This document shows, in pieces, positions 1-9,124 of a DNA stretch of 64,000 bases. Positions within the stretch are counted from its first letter, which is position 1, and every line of letters starts with the position of its first letter. The notes under the pieces were generated by a model. The model did not search any database. It had not been told where the DNA came from and saw only the letters and a list, made by a program, of their open reading frames with translations. The translations under genes were made by a program, and so were the position numbers. The stretch is from Sedimentisphaerales bacterium (GTDB lineage Bacteria; Planctomycetota; Phycisphaerae; Sedimentisphaerales; SM23-30): NCBI GenBank assembly GCA_963663965.2, contig CAXXFK010000028.1, positions 288,001-352,000 of the forward strand. Direction: 5' to 3'.

Positions 1-1
1 C

Positions 2-109
2 ACCGCACTGGCCGCTGATCGGGGCCTGCAAGTGTTCAATAGCGGCGCCTACCTGATGAAGCCGCGCGACGATGAACAGATCGATATCCATTTCCACGAA
101 TCCAGTTAG
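2..109 (+). CDS. 3' end of a gene entering from the left edge (…TALAADRGLQVFNSGAYLMKPRDDEQIDIHFHESS*), function unknown
   Basis: Frame 2 is the only + frame open from the window edge to TAG 107-109; frames 1 and 3 stop earlier. No recognisable motif. Confidence 0.4.
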   Translation, partial: TALAADRGLQVFNSGAYLMKPRDDEQIDIHFHESS

Positions 110-287
110 GGGCCGTCAATAAATAAATGCTGCAATTTGTCGCTCAGATTGTCGTCAGATTCAGTCGCGCCGATTGAACGAAACCGCAGGCATAGCGATG
201 CTATGTCGAGGATTTCGCGATTGAGAAGCGGCTGAAGATGGCGGCAAGATGGAACGAGAATTGTAGTAGTTATTTATTTACGGTCCC
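109..287. mobile_element. MITE-like long imperfect inverted-repeat element, copy 1 (179 bp)
   Basis: Left end GGGGCCGTCAATAAATAA pairs with right end TTATTTATTTACGGTCCC; imperfect pairing continues inward; TTA flanks both sides (106-108, 288-290); non-coding. Confidence 0.65.
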
Positions 288-304
288 TTAAACCAGACTG
301 CCTC

Positions 305-577
305 ATGACCGAATTAACTCTCAATCAACTCATGGCTTACCTGACATCCCGGCGTATGGCCTCACTGGGCAATATCGCCTCCCATTTCGACCGTCCGGTT
401 ACGGACCTGATTCCGCTGGTCCAGACACTCCAGGAACATCAGCGTTTGCGCGCCGCATCGTCGCGCTGCCAGAGCGATTGCAGCCAATGCGCCAGTTGCG
501 GCCCGGAATCAGCGCCGGCTGTCCTGTCCGACCGGACAATTCTCATATCGTTAGAATCCAGCACTACTTGCGGCTAG
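305..577 (+). CDS. FeoC-like winged-helix protein with a C-terminal Cys cluster (putative Fe-S binding)
   Basis: 90 aa; N-terminal HTH-like LNQLMAYLTSRRMASLGNIASHF…LVQTLQEHQRL followed by CQSDCSQCASC. Confidence 0.65.
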   Translation: MTELTLNQLMAYLTSRRMASLGNIASHFDRPVTDLIPLVQTLQEHQRLRAASSRCQSDCSQCASCGPESAPAVLSDRTILISLESSTTCG

Positions 578-656
578 TAAGACTCATCCGGCAGCAACAG
601 ACTGGGGGCATATCCAGGTAACCAGTGCCCATTTGGTCAGCCCTTATTATTTTTCA

Positions 657-685
657 TTGATCATCCCCATCTTTGCGGGTATCAT
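657..685 (+). promoter_or_regulatory. Putative sigma70 promoter for the aspartate kinase gene
   Basis: TTGATC-17 bp-TATCAT about 100 bp upstream of ATG 784, which has GAGGA as SD. Confidence 0.45.
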
Positions 686-783
686 ATCCGGTCCTGATTT
701 TATCCGGCTTCCAGAAAGTCTAAGGAATCCGGTTTTCCCAATGACCCGATATCGCCTCCGGCGACCAGATTCAGAGGATACCC

Positions 784-2166
784 ATGCTATCGATCGAAAA
801 AATCGGCGGAACATCCATGACCCGTTTTCAGGATGTCCTGCGGAATATTGTTCTGCCCAAAAACGGCCAGGATCCCTACAACCGTATTTTTGTGGTCTCC
901 GCTTACGGCGGCGTGACCAACTGGCTGCTGGAAAATAAAAAGACCAAGGCCCCCGGAGTTTACACCGATTTTATTGCAACCAACAATGCCAACAAACAAC
1001 TCGGCCAGCTGGAAAAGCGACTCCTGGAACTGAACAAAGAATTTGTGCCGATCGGGCTGAACCTGGCCCAGGCCGATGAGTTTATCGTTAAACGCATCCG
1101 CCAGGTCAAACGCTACCTGCACAACATCGCCGAAATTGTCGCCTCCGGCTATGTCGACAAGGCCGCCATCTATCTGCAGGCCCGCGAGATTCTCGCTTCC
1201 ATTGGCGAGTCGCATTCCGCCTTCAATTCGGCCAATATCGCCGCCCATCACGGCCTCAATACCACCTGTGTCGACCTGAGCGGTCTGCACGATCCCGAAT
1301 ACCTTACCATCGACCAGCGCATCGAAAAGGCCTTCGCCCATATCGACTGCTCAAAAACCATCCCCTTTGTGACCGGCTACACCAAGGGCACCGAAGGCAT
1401 CATGCGCCAATTCGACCGCGGCTACACCGAAGTCACCTTCGCCAAAATCGCCGCCCACCTCAAGGCCGATGAGGCAATTATCCATAAGGAATACCATTTC
1501 TGTTCGGCCGATCCCGGTATTGTCGGCGAACAGAACGCCCACCCCGTCTGTTATACCAACTACGATATCGCCGATCAGCTGGCCGATATCTGGATGGAGG
1601 CCGTGCATCCATCGGTATCCAAGATCCTCGAACAGGCCGGTATCAACCTGCGCGTCAAAAATGCCTTCGATCCCGAACACCCCGGCACTCTCATCTCCCG
1701 CACTTACAAAAGCGAATCGCCCCGCATCGAGATGATCTCCGGCGCCGATAATGTCCAGGTTATCGAAATTCACGACCCCCGCATGGTGGGCGCCGTCGGC
1801 TTCGACAAGGCCATTATGGATATCTTCGCCCGGCACAAGGTCAACTATATCCTCAAAGCCACCAACGCCAACAGTATCTCGGTCGTCGTGCGTAAATCCA
1901 GCGACCTTAGCCTGGTTAACGAATTGAAGGATAGCTTTTTCGAAGTTTCCCTGCAGGATGCCGCTATTGTCTGCGTACTGGGCACCAATATCTCCGGCTC
2001 GGGCATCCTGGCCCGCGCCGCGACCGCGCTGGCCCGTGAGCATATCAATATCAAATGTCTCTCGCTGTCCCTGCGCCAGGTCAATATCCAGTTTGTCATC
2101 GATCCGGAAAACTACCAGACCGCCATCAGGGCGCTCAATACCGAATTCTTCCCGCCGGCCGGTTAG
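784..2166 (+). CDS. ask: Aspartate kinase, ectoine-cluster type (Ask_Ect-like)
   Basis: N-terminal EKIGGTSM, RIFVVSAYGGVT..LLE.KKT..PGVY, FDRGYTE and SADP, plus two C-terminal ACT-like domains; these motifs are typical of the ectoine-associated aspartokinase subgroup. Confidence 0.9.
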   Translation: MLSIEKIGGTSMTRFQDVLRNIVLPKNGQDPYNRIFVVSAYGGVTNWLLENKKTKAPGVYTDFIATNNANKQLGQLEKRLLELNKEFVPIGLNLAQADEFIVKRIRQVKRYLHNIAEIVASGYVDKAAIYLQAREILASIGESHSAFNSANIAAHHGLNTTCVDLSGLHDPEYLTIDQRIEKAFAHIDCSKTIPFVTGYTKGTEGIMRQFDRGYTEVTFAKIAAHLKADEAIIHKEYHFCSADPGIVGEQNAHPVCYTNYDIADQLADIWMEAVHPSVSKILEQAGINLRVKNAFDPEHPGTLISRTYKSESPRIEMISGADNVQVIEIHDPRMVGAVGFDKAIMDIFARHKVNYILKATNANSISVVVRKSSDLSLVNELKDSFFEVSLQDAAIVCVLGTNISGSGILARAATALAREHINIKCLSLSLRQVNIQFVIDPENYQTAIRALNTEFFPPAG

Positions 2167-2274
2167 CCCCGGTGGGTTGACGCCTGCATGCGTCCTATCC
2201 GCCGGATCAAACCATCCATGGATGGAATTGTGTATAGATATTATAGTACTGATTACCAGTAAATAGGTTCGAGC

Positions 2275-2706
2275 GTGTACTGGAAATATCTCTTATATAT
2301 CCTGCAGCATAAATGGTATGTCTGGCATGAATGCCTTAAGTCCCGCCAGTTTATCCACGGCCTGACTCATGACCTGTCTAAATTCCTCCCCTCTGAATTT
2401 TTCCCTTACGCCCGTTACTTTTACGGGCCATTCCCGCCCGGACCGGAACAAACCCGCGCGTTTCAACACGCCTGCACTCTCCATAAACGGCGCAACAAAC
2501 ACCACTGGGACTATTGGCTCACCGCCGAAGGCCAACCCGAACCCATGCCCGAAAAGTACCTCCGCCAAATGCTCGCCGACTGGCGCGCCATGAGCCGAAA
2601 ATTCGGCGGCTCGGTCCACGATACCTGGCTCAATAAAAAAGACACCATGACCCTGCACCCCCAGACGAGGGCAATGATTGAAGCCTTATTGAATGAGTCA
2701 TCATGA
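2275..2706 (+). CDS. Small HD-like phosphohydrolase (DUF5662-like)
   Basis: GTG start; motifs HKWYV, HDLSKF…EF, HKRRNKHHW and QMLADW. Confidence 0.65.
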   Translation: MYWKYLLYILQHKWYVWHECLKSRQFIHGLTHDLSKFLPSEFFPYARYFYGPFPPGPEQTRAFQHACTLHKRRNKHHWDYWLTAEGQPEPMPEKYLRQMLADWRAMSRKFGGSVHDTWLNKKDTMTLHPQTRAMIEALLNESS

Positions 2707-2734
2707 ACGATTTGATGTTTGATATTAGATTGAA

Positions 2735-4267
2735 CTACGAAACCCACTCAAACCAATAAAACACATACGTTCTGAAAAGTGTCCGGTAAACCACCATGCG
2801 GTAACCTAAACCGCCCAGTATCCCAAACTGATAATCAAAATGCAGATGTCTGGCCTTGCCGCTCTCATCCATCATACACTTATCCGAGAATCCCAGGACC
2901 AGATATTTCGAAAAATCCCAGTATTGATCTTTGCTATCCAGGCTTTCATAGGGTATCAGATCCAGTTCTTCATAGACGCGGTTATCAACGGGAATGTCAT
3001 TATGATAACACAGCTTTATGTACCGGTTGAAAGCCATCGAATCATAAAATGGCCGATATCCCTTATTCAGAATCAATACCGGCTGATCGTCGATCAGTGA
3101 CCTGACCGAATACGCAACCGCCTGTTCCAGATCCCGGGTTCTGACCGGCAAAGGCGCCAACAACAGGATCAGCGCTCCGATGGTAACCGGTCGATAAAAC
3201 CGCTTTTTCTGCCTGAATGACCAGATCAGAAGACCAATTATAATGATAATGCCGAGTGCCAGCAGGACCGGAGTTCCCCAGGATTTCAACGAGTTACCGG
3301 ATTGTACATAACAGTGTATCCCAACCTCCGGATTATTTCTCATAATTGCCGGTAAATGATCGGTATAAGCGGCATCTTTAAGCGGATTGCCATACAAAAC
3401 CAGCACATCCAACTGTTTCAGGTGGGTTAAAGCCGAAATATCCTCAATCCGATTTCCGGCCAGTGACAGTTTCGTTAATCCAGTCAGCCCGGCCAGGGCC
3501 GAGATATCGGTTATTTCATTGTTATCCAGAAACAACCGCTTTAACTGGTTTAGATGGGCCAGGGGAGAGATGTCCTGGATCGCATTATAGCAAACTTCCA
3601 GTCTCTCAAGATTATCCAGATGGGTCAGCGGCGTCAGGTCCAGTTCCCGTTTTTCATGATGAGTAATGACCAGTTCTTCCAGTTGGCCCAGTGTGGAAAG
3701 AAAAGACAAGTCGTTAAGATCGCAGTTACAAATTTCAAGACAGGTTAGATTTTTCAGTTCAGCAATAGGAGCAAAATCGATATCCGGACTATTATTCAAG
3801 GTCAGTTGTCTGAGGTTGGGTAGTTTTTTCAGCGCTGATATATCCCGGATAGAATCCGTTTTTAATACCAGGTGTTTCAGCGTAGGCAATCCTGACAAGT
3901 CCGGCAGGATTTCCACTCGATTAGGCTCTGGTTTTTTTAAGATCATACCATAATCATAACCGTGAAATTCCAGTTTTCGCAGTTTAGCCAGTCGGGTCAA
4001 CGGCGTATAATTCAGCTTACGGACAGGCAGCGAAAGCTCCTCCAGGTTAATCGCCAGTTCGATTCCCGATAAATCCCTGACCGAATCATCCAGCCACAAA
4101 TCAGTTAAGCCAAGCAGGTCAGCCCGGGTAGGATTTTTAGTATTCAGATGCTGCCCGATAACGTATTTCAGCGATTCATCCGCAAACTGCGCCGGCTCCT
4201 CGGCAACTACAACCACGCAAGCCATGAGCCATACGCTTAGACAGTAATAGTTCAACAGATTCCTCAT
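2735..4267 (-). CDS. Internalin-like leucine-rich-repeat membrane protein
   Basis: Signal-like N-terminus, FADESL cap, ~22-aa LRRs (L..L.L..N.I.DIS.L), two hydrophobic segments, then a C-terminal domain of unknown function. Start taken at ATG 4267 (ORF track gives 4276). Confidence 0.8.
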   Translation of the reverse strand: MRNLLNYYCLSVWLMACVVVVAEEPAQFADESLKYVIGQHLNTKNPTRADLLGLTDLWLDDSVRDLSGIELAINLEELSLPVRKLNYTPLTRLAKLRKLEFHGYDYGMILKKPEPNRVEILPDLSGLPTLKHLVLKTDSIRDISALKKLPNLRQLTLNNSPDIDFAPIAELKNLTCLEICNCDLNDLSFLSTLGQLEELVITHHEKRELDLTPLTHLDNLERLEVCYNAIQDISPLAHLNQLKRLFLDNNEITDISALAGLTGLTKLSLAGNRIEDISALTHLKQLDVLVLYGNPLKDAAYTDHLPAIMRNNPEVGIHCYVQSGNSLKSWGTPVLLALGIIIIIGLLIWSFRQKKRFYRPVTIGALILLLAPLPVRTRDLEQAVAYSVRSLIDDQPVLILNKGYRPFYDSMAFNRYIKLCYHNDIPVDNRVYEELDLIPYESLDSKDQYWDFSKYLVLGFSDKCMMDESGKARHLHFDYQFGILGGLGYRMVVYRTLFRTYVFYWFEWVS

Positions 4268-4353
4268 ACAGTCCAATTATACCGGCCAGTCCATTTTCAA
4301 AGTGAAAAATAATTACAGGAAAATCGAGTGTTTTCTTCACGATGGCTTTATCA

Positions 4354-4382
4354 TTGACACCCGATCCCAATCGTGATAATTT
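4354..4382 (+). promoter_or_regulatory. Putative sigma70 promoter
   Basis: TTGACA-17 bp-TAATTT with an extended-10 TG, upstream of ATG 4443. Confidence 0.45.
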
Positions 4383-4442
4383 CGAGCAATAACCAAATGT
4401 CAGTTTGTCGCTAATACCCGATATTCAGGAAGAAAAAAAGCC

Positions 4443-5861
4443 ATGTCCCGAACCTTCATCTTATCTATTGTAGTTCTCCTGCTGTTAAACACACTTGGAT
4501 TCTCCCGCCAGAATCGCGTCTCCATCAGCCCGCCCCCGGCCGATTTGAAAATCGATCCTTTTTATACGAAATATCTCGATTGCGATGGCATTACGATAAC
4601 CGGATCGGATCAAGTGGATGACCGGGCATTTTATCGTCTGCGTGATCTGCTCGACCACATCCTGGCCCACCGGCCGGATGTCAAAGCGGCCATGGCCCAA
4701 AAGGGATTCCGCTGCATGATCATCGCCGAAGAAGAACAGGTCACCGACCTGCCCGAATATGCCCATATGGAGCCCAAAGACTACTGGAACCAGCGAGCGC
4801 GAGGCTTCGGCGGGCGCACCACCAGTTGCGGCGAAGAAAACCTGCTCAACCTCCCCGGCGACCGTTATACCGGCGAGAGTATCTTCATTCATGAACTGGC
4901 CCACAGTATCCATTCACAAGGTTTACGAACCTGTGAGCCCGGTTTTCAGAACCGGCTCGATACTCTCTACCGACAGGCTATGGACAAAGGGCTTTATAAA
5001 GATGATTACGCCGCCACCAACGCCTCGGAATACTGGGCCGAGTCGGTCCAGGCCTTTTTCGATTGCGACCGGGAAAACGATCACGTTCATAACCATGTCA
5101 ATACCCGTGAAGAACTGATCGCCTATGATCCCGATATGGCTGCCTTGCTGACGGAGATGTTTCGAACCACCCCGGCCGACGATTGGCGCTATCGGCCATA
5201 CAGCCACAAACTGAAAGTCGAAGCAACCCCGGTAACCTATAATCCCGATGGCAAACTACCCCGCTATGTCTGGTATCTGGGCTTGCCCATCTACGCCACT
5301 GCCAAAGTCCCTGATGCCATACTGCTCAAAGCCGCCGAAACCATCCAGGAAATCTTCCAACACCGTTACGATCTCCTGAAGGATTTGAGAAATTCCGGCC
5401 AGATTATTGTAATTTACGATTCGGATACGCCCGTCAGCAGTTCGGATCATACCCGACTGTATATTCCACTGTCCACCCAATTCCCGGCCGGATACGATCA
5501 GGCCCGATTAGTCAGCAGTATCATAAGAACCACGTATCAGAATGCTATAACCTCAATCAAAAATTCAGACCAACCCACGCCTGCCGCATCCAGACCCCGC
5601 AGCAACCGCTGGCGCCTGGACAACCGGTTCGATCAGAAAGTCCAGTCGCTCTATCAGGCAGCCATGGCTAAAGACCTCTGGCAATCCACCCCGGCCGCCC
5701 AGAATCATATCGAATACCTTGCCCAGGCCGCCGTCCCATTCTTCCACGCCGGCACCATCACCACCGGCGATCAAAAAATAGCCACCCGCGACCAACTCAC
5801 CCGCTACGATCCCGCACTGGCCCAACTGCTTACCGAGCTTTTCCTGCCGGTACAACAGTAA
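4443..5861 (+). CDS. Secreted zincin-type (anthrax lethal factor/ATLF-like) metallopeptidase-like protein with a duplicated domain
   Basis: Signal peptide; IHELAHSIH (HExxH) and downstream YAATNASEYWAE; the C-terminal half repeats the domain but lacks HExxH. Confidence 0.7.
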   Translation: MSRTFILSIVVLLLLNTLGFSRQNRVSISPPPADLKIDPFYTKYLDCDGITITGSDQVDDRAFYRLRDLLDHILAHRPDVKAAMAQKGFRCMIIAEEEQVTDLPEYAHMEPKDYWNQRARGFGGRTTSCGEENLLNLPGDRYTGESIFIHELAHSIHSQGLRTCEPGFQNRLDTLYRQAMDKGLYKDDYAATNASEYWAESVQAFFDCDRENDHVHNHVNTREELIAYDPDMAALLTEMFRTTPADDWRYRPYSHKLKVEATPVTYNPDGKLPRYVWYLGLPIYATAKVPDAILLKAAETIQEIFQHRYDLLKDLRNSGQIIVIYDSDTPVSSSDHTRLYIPLSTQFPAGYDQARLVSSIIRTTYQNAITSIKNSDQPTPAASRPRSNRWRLDNRFDQKVQSLYQAAMAKDLWQSTPAAQNHIEYLAQAAVPFFHAGTITTGDQKIATRDQLTRYDPALAQLLTELFLPVQQ

Positions 5862-5898
5862 ACAGATATATCTGAATAGTGTTAAGCCATTACCTTAT

Positions 5899-8148
5899 TT
5901 AAGAACCCAAATCTACATTGCGGGACAATATCTGCCCGGCGTTGGTAACAGTCAGGGGAACAATCTTGTCCGGATAGCCGCTCATCATAAAACGCAGCGA
6001 CCAGTTGCCCGGCGGTACGTCCATAATCGCGTACCAGCCGCTGCCGTCGGTCACTACCGCTGAATCGGGCAGGCCGTCGATTGCGACCCAGGCATGATCC
6101 AATGGGCTACCGGCGGCGGTTACATTGCCTTCGACAATACTGGTCGTCGGGTGTGCCTTCCAGGCGTGGACCGGCGGATCAACCCACTGGGGATAAACCT
6201 GGGCCTTCAATTGGCTATAAAACTCGCTGCGCGTCTCGCCGGATACACTCCCGTTGACTTCGCTGCCCCAATCGTAGATATTCAAACCGGCGGCGCCCTG
6301 AGACCGGGCGTATAACAGTTGATCCAGACCGTCCTGAATATCGGTCTGCAGATAAGCCCCGGTGGAAATAATGCTGCCGCGTTTATAGTCGTTGGCCAGC
6401 GATAAATTACACCAGCCGGCAAACTGCCCGGGATGCAGGGCTTCAACTTTGTAACCCATCAAAGCGTTATAATCGATGATACCCAGTTGCAGCCAGCCGA
6501 TCCAGTCCTGGAACACCCCGGCATAAGGTGAAGAACTGTAATAATTGGTGTAGCCGCTGCCCCAGGCGGTAGAATCAACTGTGACCACCACCGACGGTTT
6601 TAGTTTCAGCGATTTGACATAGATTTTCTTGACCTGCTGGGTCACGCATTCCCGGCGCCAGTCGCAGAAATCGGGATCGCCGGTCGCGGGTGTTCCGGAC
6701 TTGCCGTAATACTGGTTGAAGCGGCGGATGCTCTCGGCATTATACCCCCAGGTATTGCCCGGATAACGGATATAGTCCAGGTTGACCCCGTCAATGTCAT
6801 ATTGACTCAGACAGTCCAACATCACCGCCACATTGTGATCCACCGCGCCGGGATGCCCCGGATCGAGCCACAGGTTGGTGCCGTCATACGGATTACTATC
6901 CTTGTCCAGCATGGTATATTCGGGATGGCGGGATAACACATGCCCGGAGTTCAGGGTGCCGCTCTTGGCGATCCGCTGGGCGACAAACCAGGCATGAACT
7001 TCGATATATTTCTGACCGCCGCTGGTATCGTGGGCAATCTGCAGCAGGTAACCCAGCGGATCAAAGGAAGACCCGCCCGAGATATTCGTGGCTCGCGGCT
7101 CCAGGTTGGAATGGTAATAGGCATCGCCGACTTTGCGGACTTCGACAATAACCGCGTTGATATTGTTTGACCGGCAGGTGGTGATTAACTCCTGACACTG
7201 GGAGGCGTTCAAAATGCTGGCATTCCAGGTGTCGGCCCAGATGCAGCGGTATTCGCCCTTTGGTCCGATCCGCCAGTTCCTGCTGAGAATATAGAAATCG
7301 TTCAGGGTTACCCCGTTGATCCCGTCCAGATCCGCGTTGGAGGGATCCGAAAGCTGTGGACCGGCCAACATCCCAATCTCTTCAGCGCTTAACGCCCGAC
7401 TGTAAATCCGGACATCGTCAATCAACCCGGAGAAACAACTATAGTCACCGAGTGACTTACCGATACCGATTTGCATAGCGCCGATGCAATACTGTAAGTT
7501 GCCGATATTGGAGCTGTCCGCGGCCACCTCCACGCCATCGACATACAAACGCCGGCGAGCGCCGTCCCAGCTAAAGCCGACATGATGCCATTGTCCGTCA
7601 GTTACCACTACCGTTGAGGTCAGGGGCGTTCCGTTGTTGTTCAGGCGGGTCATCAGCCGGCCATACGATGGATCGATTTGCAGCCATTCCCGCCCGGTCC
7701 CGCCGCCCACGGCGTCAAGCTGGGTGATGATGACTTCATTGGCGCCGCCTCCCTTGATCCAGGCGAAGACACTGAACTTACTGTACCACGGATTCAGGAG
7801 GTAATCGAAACCGATATAGTCGTTAACACCGTCCAACTCCAGCGCACCGCCGATTTTGCCGTTGCCCGGCTGCCAGCTGCCGCCGGTTAATACTCCATTT
7901 TGCCCCAATCCGGATGCATCGGTCACGACACTGCCCGATTCAGCATCCAGCGGATACCACAGGATCAGATCCGCCAATGAAATATCCTGACTGGTCAGCC
8001 ATTGGCTGGAAAAAACCGACAGGTCCGGTAAATTAACCTGGTTGTCGCCGTTCAGGTCTCCAATAATGTTGCCTGCCGGCAACAATGCTACGGGTAATGA
8101 CAAGAGTATTATGAACCATAACAGGGAATCGCGGTGATATCGAATCAT
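5899..8148 (-). CDS. Secreted glycoside hydrolase-like family 10 (GHL10/DUF187) protein with dockerin-like repeats, LamG domain and C-terminal carboxypeptidase-regulatory-like domain
   Basis: Signal peptide; GDLNGDNQVNLPDL; LamG motifs (DGQWHHV, LYVDG, FSGLIDDVRIY); GHL10 motifs EYRCIW, IEVHAW, WLDPGHP, YDIDGVNLDYIRYP and QDW..W. Confidence 0.85.
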   Translation of the reverse strand: MIRYHRDSLLWFIILLSLPVALLPAGNIIGDLNGDNQVNLPDLSVFSSQWLTSQDISLADLILWYPLDAESGSVVTDASGLGQNGVLTGGSWQPGNGKIGGALELDGVNDYIGFDYLLNPWYSKFSVFAWIKGGGANEVIITQLDAVGGGTGREWLQIDPSYGRLMTRLNNNGTPLTSTVVVTDGQWHHVGFSWDGARRRLYVDGVEVAADSSNIGNLQYCIGAMQIGIGKSLGDYSCFSGLIDDVRIYSRALSAEEIGMLAGPQLSDPSNADLDGINGVTLNDFYILSRNWRIGPKGEYRCIWADTWNASILNASQCQELITTCRSNNINAVIVEVRKVGDAYYHSNLEPRATNISGGSSFDPLGYLLQIAHDTSGGQKYIEVHAWFVAQRIAKSGTLNSGHVLSRHPEYTMLDKDSNPYDGTNLWLDPGHPGAVDHNVAVMLDCLSQYDIDGVNLDYIRYPGNTWGYNAESIRRFNQYYGKSGTPATGDPDFCDWRRECVTQQVKKIYVKSLKLKPSVVVTVDSTAWGSGYTNYYSSSPYAGVFQDWIGWLQLGIIDYNALMGYKVEALHPGQFAGWCNLSLANDYKRGSIISTGAYLQTDIQDGLDQLLYARSQGAAGLNIYDWGSEVNGSVSGETRSEFYSQLKAQVYPQWVDPPVHAWKAHPTTSIVEGNVTAAGSPLDHAWVAIDGLPDSAVVTDGSGWYAIMDVPPGNWSLRFMMSGYPDKIVPLTVTNAGQILSRNVDLGS

Positions 8149-8361
8149 ACTGGATCAGGTCTCTTTCCCCCGATTGCTAAAACGGGCGCTAAAAAAAAGG
8201 ATGGTTACGCTCCATCCCATTTATTCATACAAACTTACATACCATATCATTCATCTCGCGGCAATTTTCACTTCCTGATATCGCCATCCGGTAAGAAAGA
8301 CTCAGATTGGAAAACTATCAGCAGGGCGTCAAGGTAGGATTAGACTGCCGGAAGGGAAACA

Positions 8362-8390
8362 GGCCGGGAGAGGATGCCCTCTGCCCGGCC
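8362..8390 (-). terminator. GC-rich hairpin downstream of the PEP-CTERM gene pair
   Basis: GGCCGGG-AGAGG / CCTCT-G-CCCGGCC stem; followed by TGTTT on the minus strand (weak U-tract). Confidence 0.45.
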
Positions 8391-8413
8391 CAGAAATCTT
8401 GTGCGATATTGTG

Positions 8414-9079
8414 TTATGAACGACGGCGCCTGAGCAGACCCAGACCGCCCAAAGTGAATAGCGATATTGTCGCCGGTTCCGGTACGGCTTCGAACAAGAC
8501 ACCGTGCGAACGCTGAGAAACATAAGTCGGGCTGTCAGCTCGCTGGACGATGGTATAAGTCAGTCCGGCGGTCAATGGAATTTCTGAAGCTATTTTCAGC
8601 CAGCCATTATTGCCGCCGGGGGTACCGGTGCCTCCGGTGTTCATATCGACACTCGTCAATACGACCGGAGCGCCATCATTGGTAACCGTGATCGTACTCA
8701 GGGATGATACACCTGTTGATGCCGGCCAGGTAATATAGACATTATATTTACCGGAACCACCGCCGGGCAATCCGGATGCCAGATTACCATTGCCTAAATC
8801 AGTTCCGACTGCAATGGCAATATTATCGATATCCACACCGGGAGTATATGAATAGGTATATTCATCATAAGTAGCCCCATTACCGCCAAACGCACTTTTA
8901 CTGGCAGTAACGCCATAAGCAGAACTGGGAGTACTTGACCAGCTGACAGCAGTACCATCGCCGGTAAAGGCAAAATGATCGCTGGCCAGCCCGTCAGAAT
9001 AAGCCTCAATCATAAATGCTGCCTGCAGGCTGCCGCTCAGCAACAGAATCGGCATGATAATAGTACTCAGCACTTTCAA
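8414..9079 (-). CDS. PEP-CTERM surface protein (paralog 1)
   Basis: TTG start with AAGGA SD; signal peptide; C-terminal VPEPATISLFTLGGLGLLRRRRS. Confidence 0.9.
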   Translation of the reverse strand: MKVLSTIIMPILLLSGSLQAAFMIEAYSDGLASDHFAFTGDGTAVSWSSTPSSAYGVTASKSAFGGNGATYDEYTYSYTPGVDIDNIAIAVGTDLGNGNLASGLPGGGSGKYNVYITWPASTGVSSLSTITVTNDGAPVVLTSVDMNTGGTGTPGGNNGWLKIASEIPLTAGLTYTIVQRADSPTYVSQRSHGVLFEAVPEPATISLFTLGGLGLLRRRRS

Positions 9080-9124
9080 GATAATAGTCCTTAAAATGAA
9101 ATTTGTACTAATATTAAGCTGATG

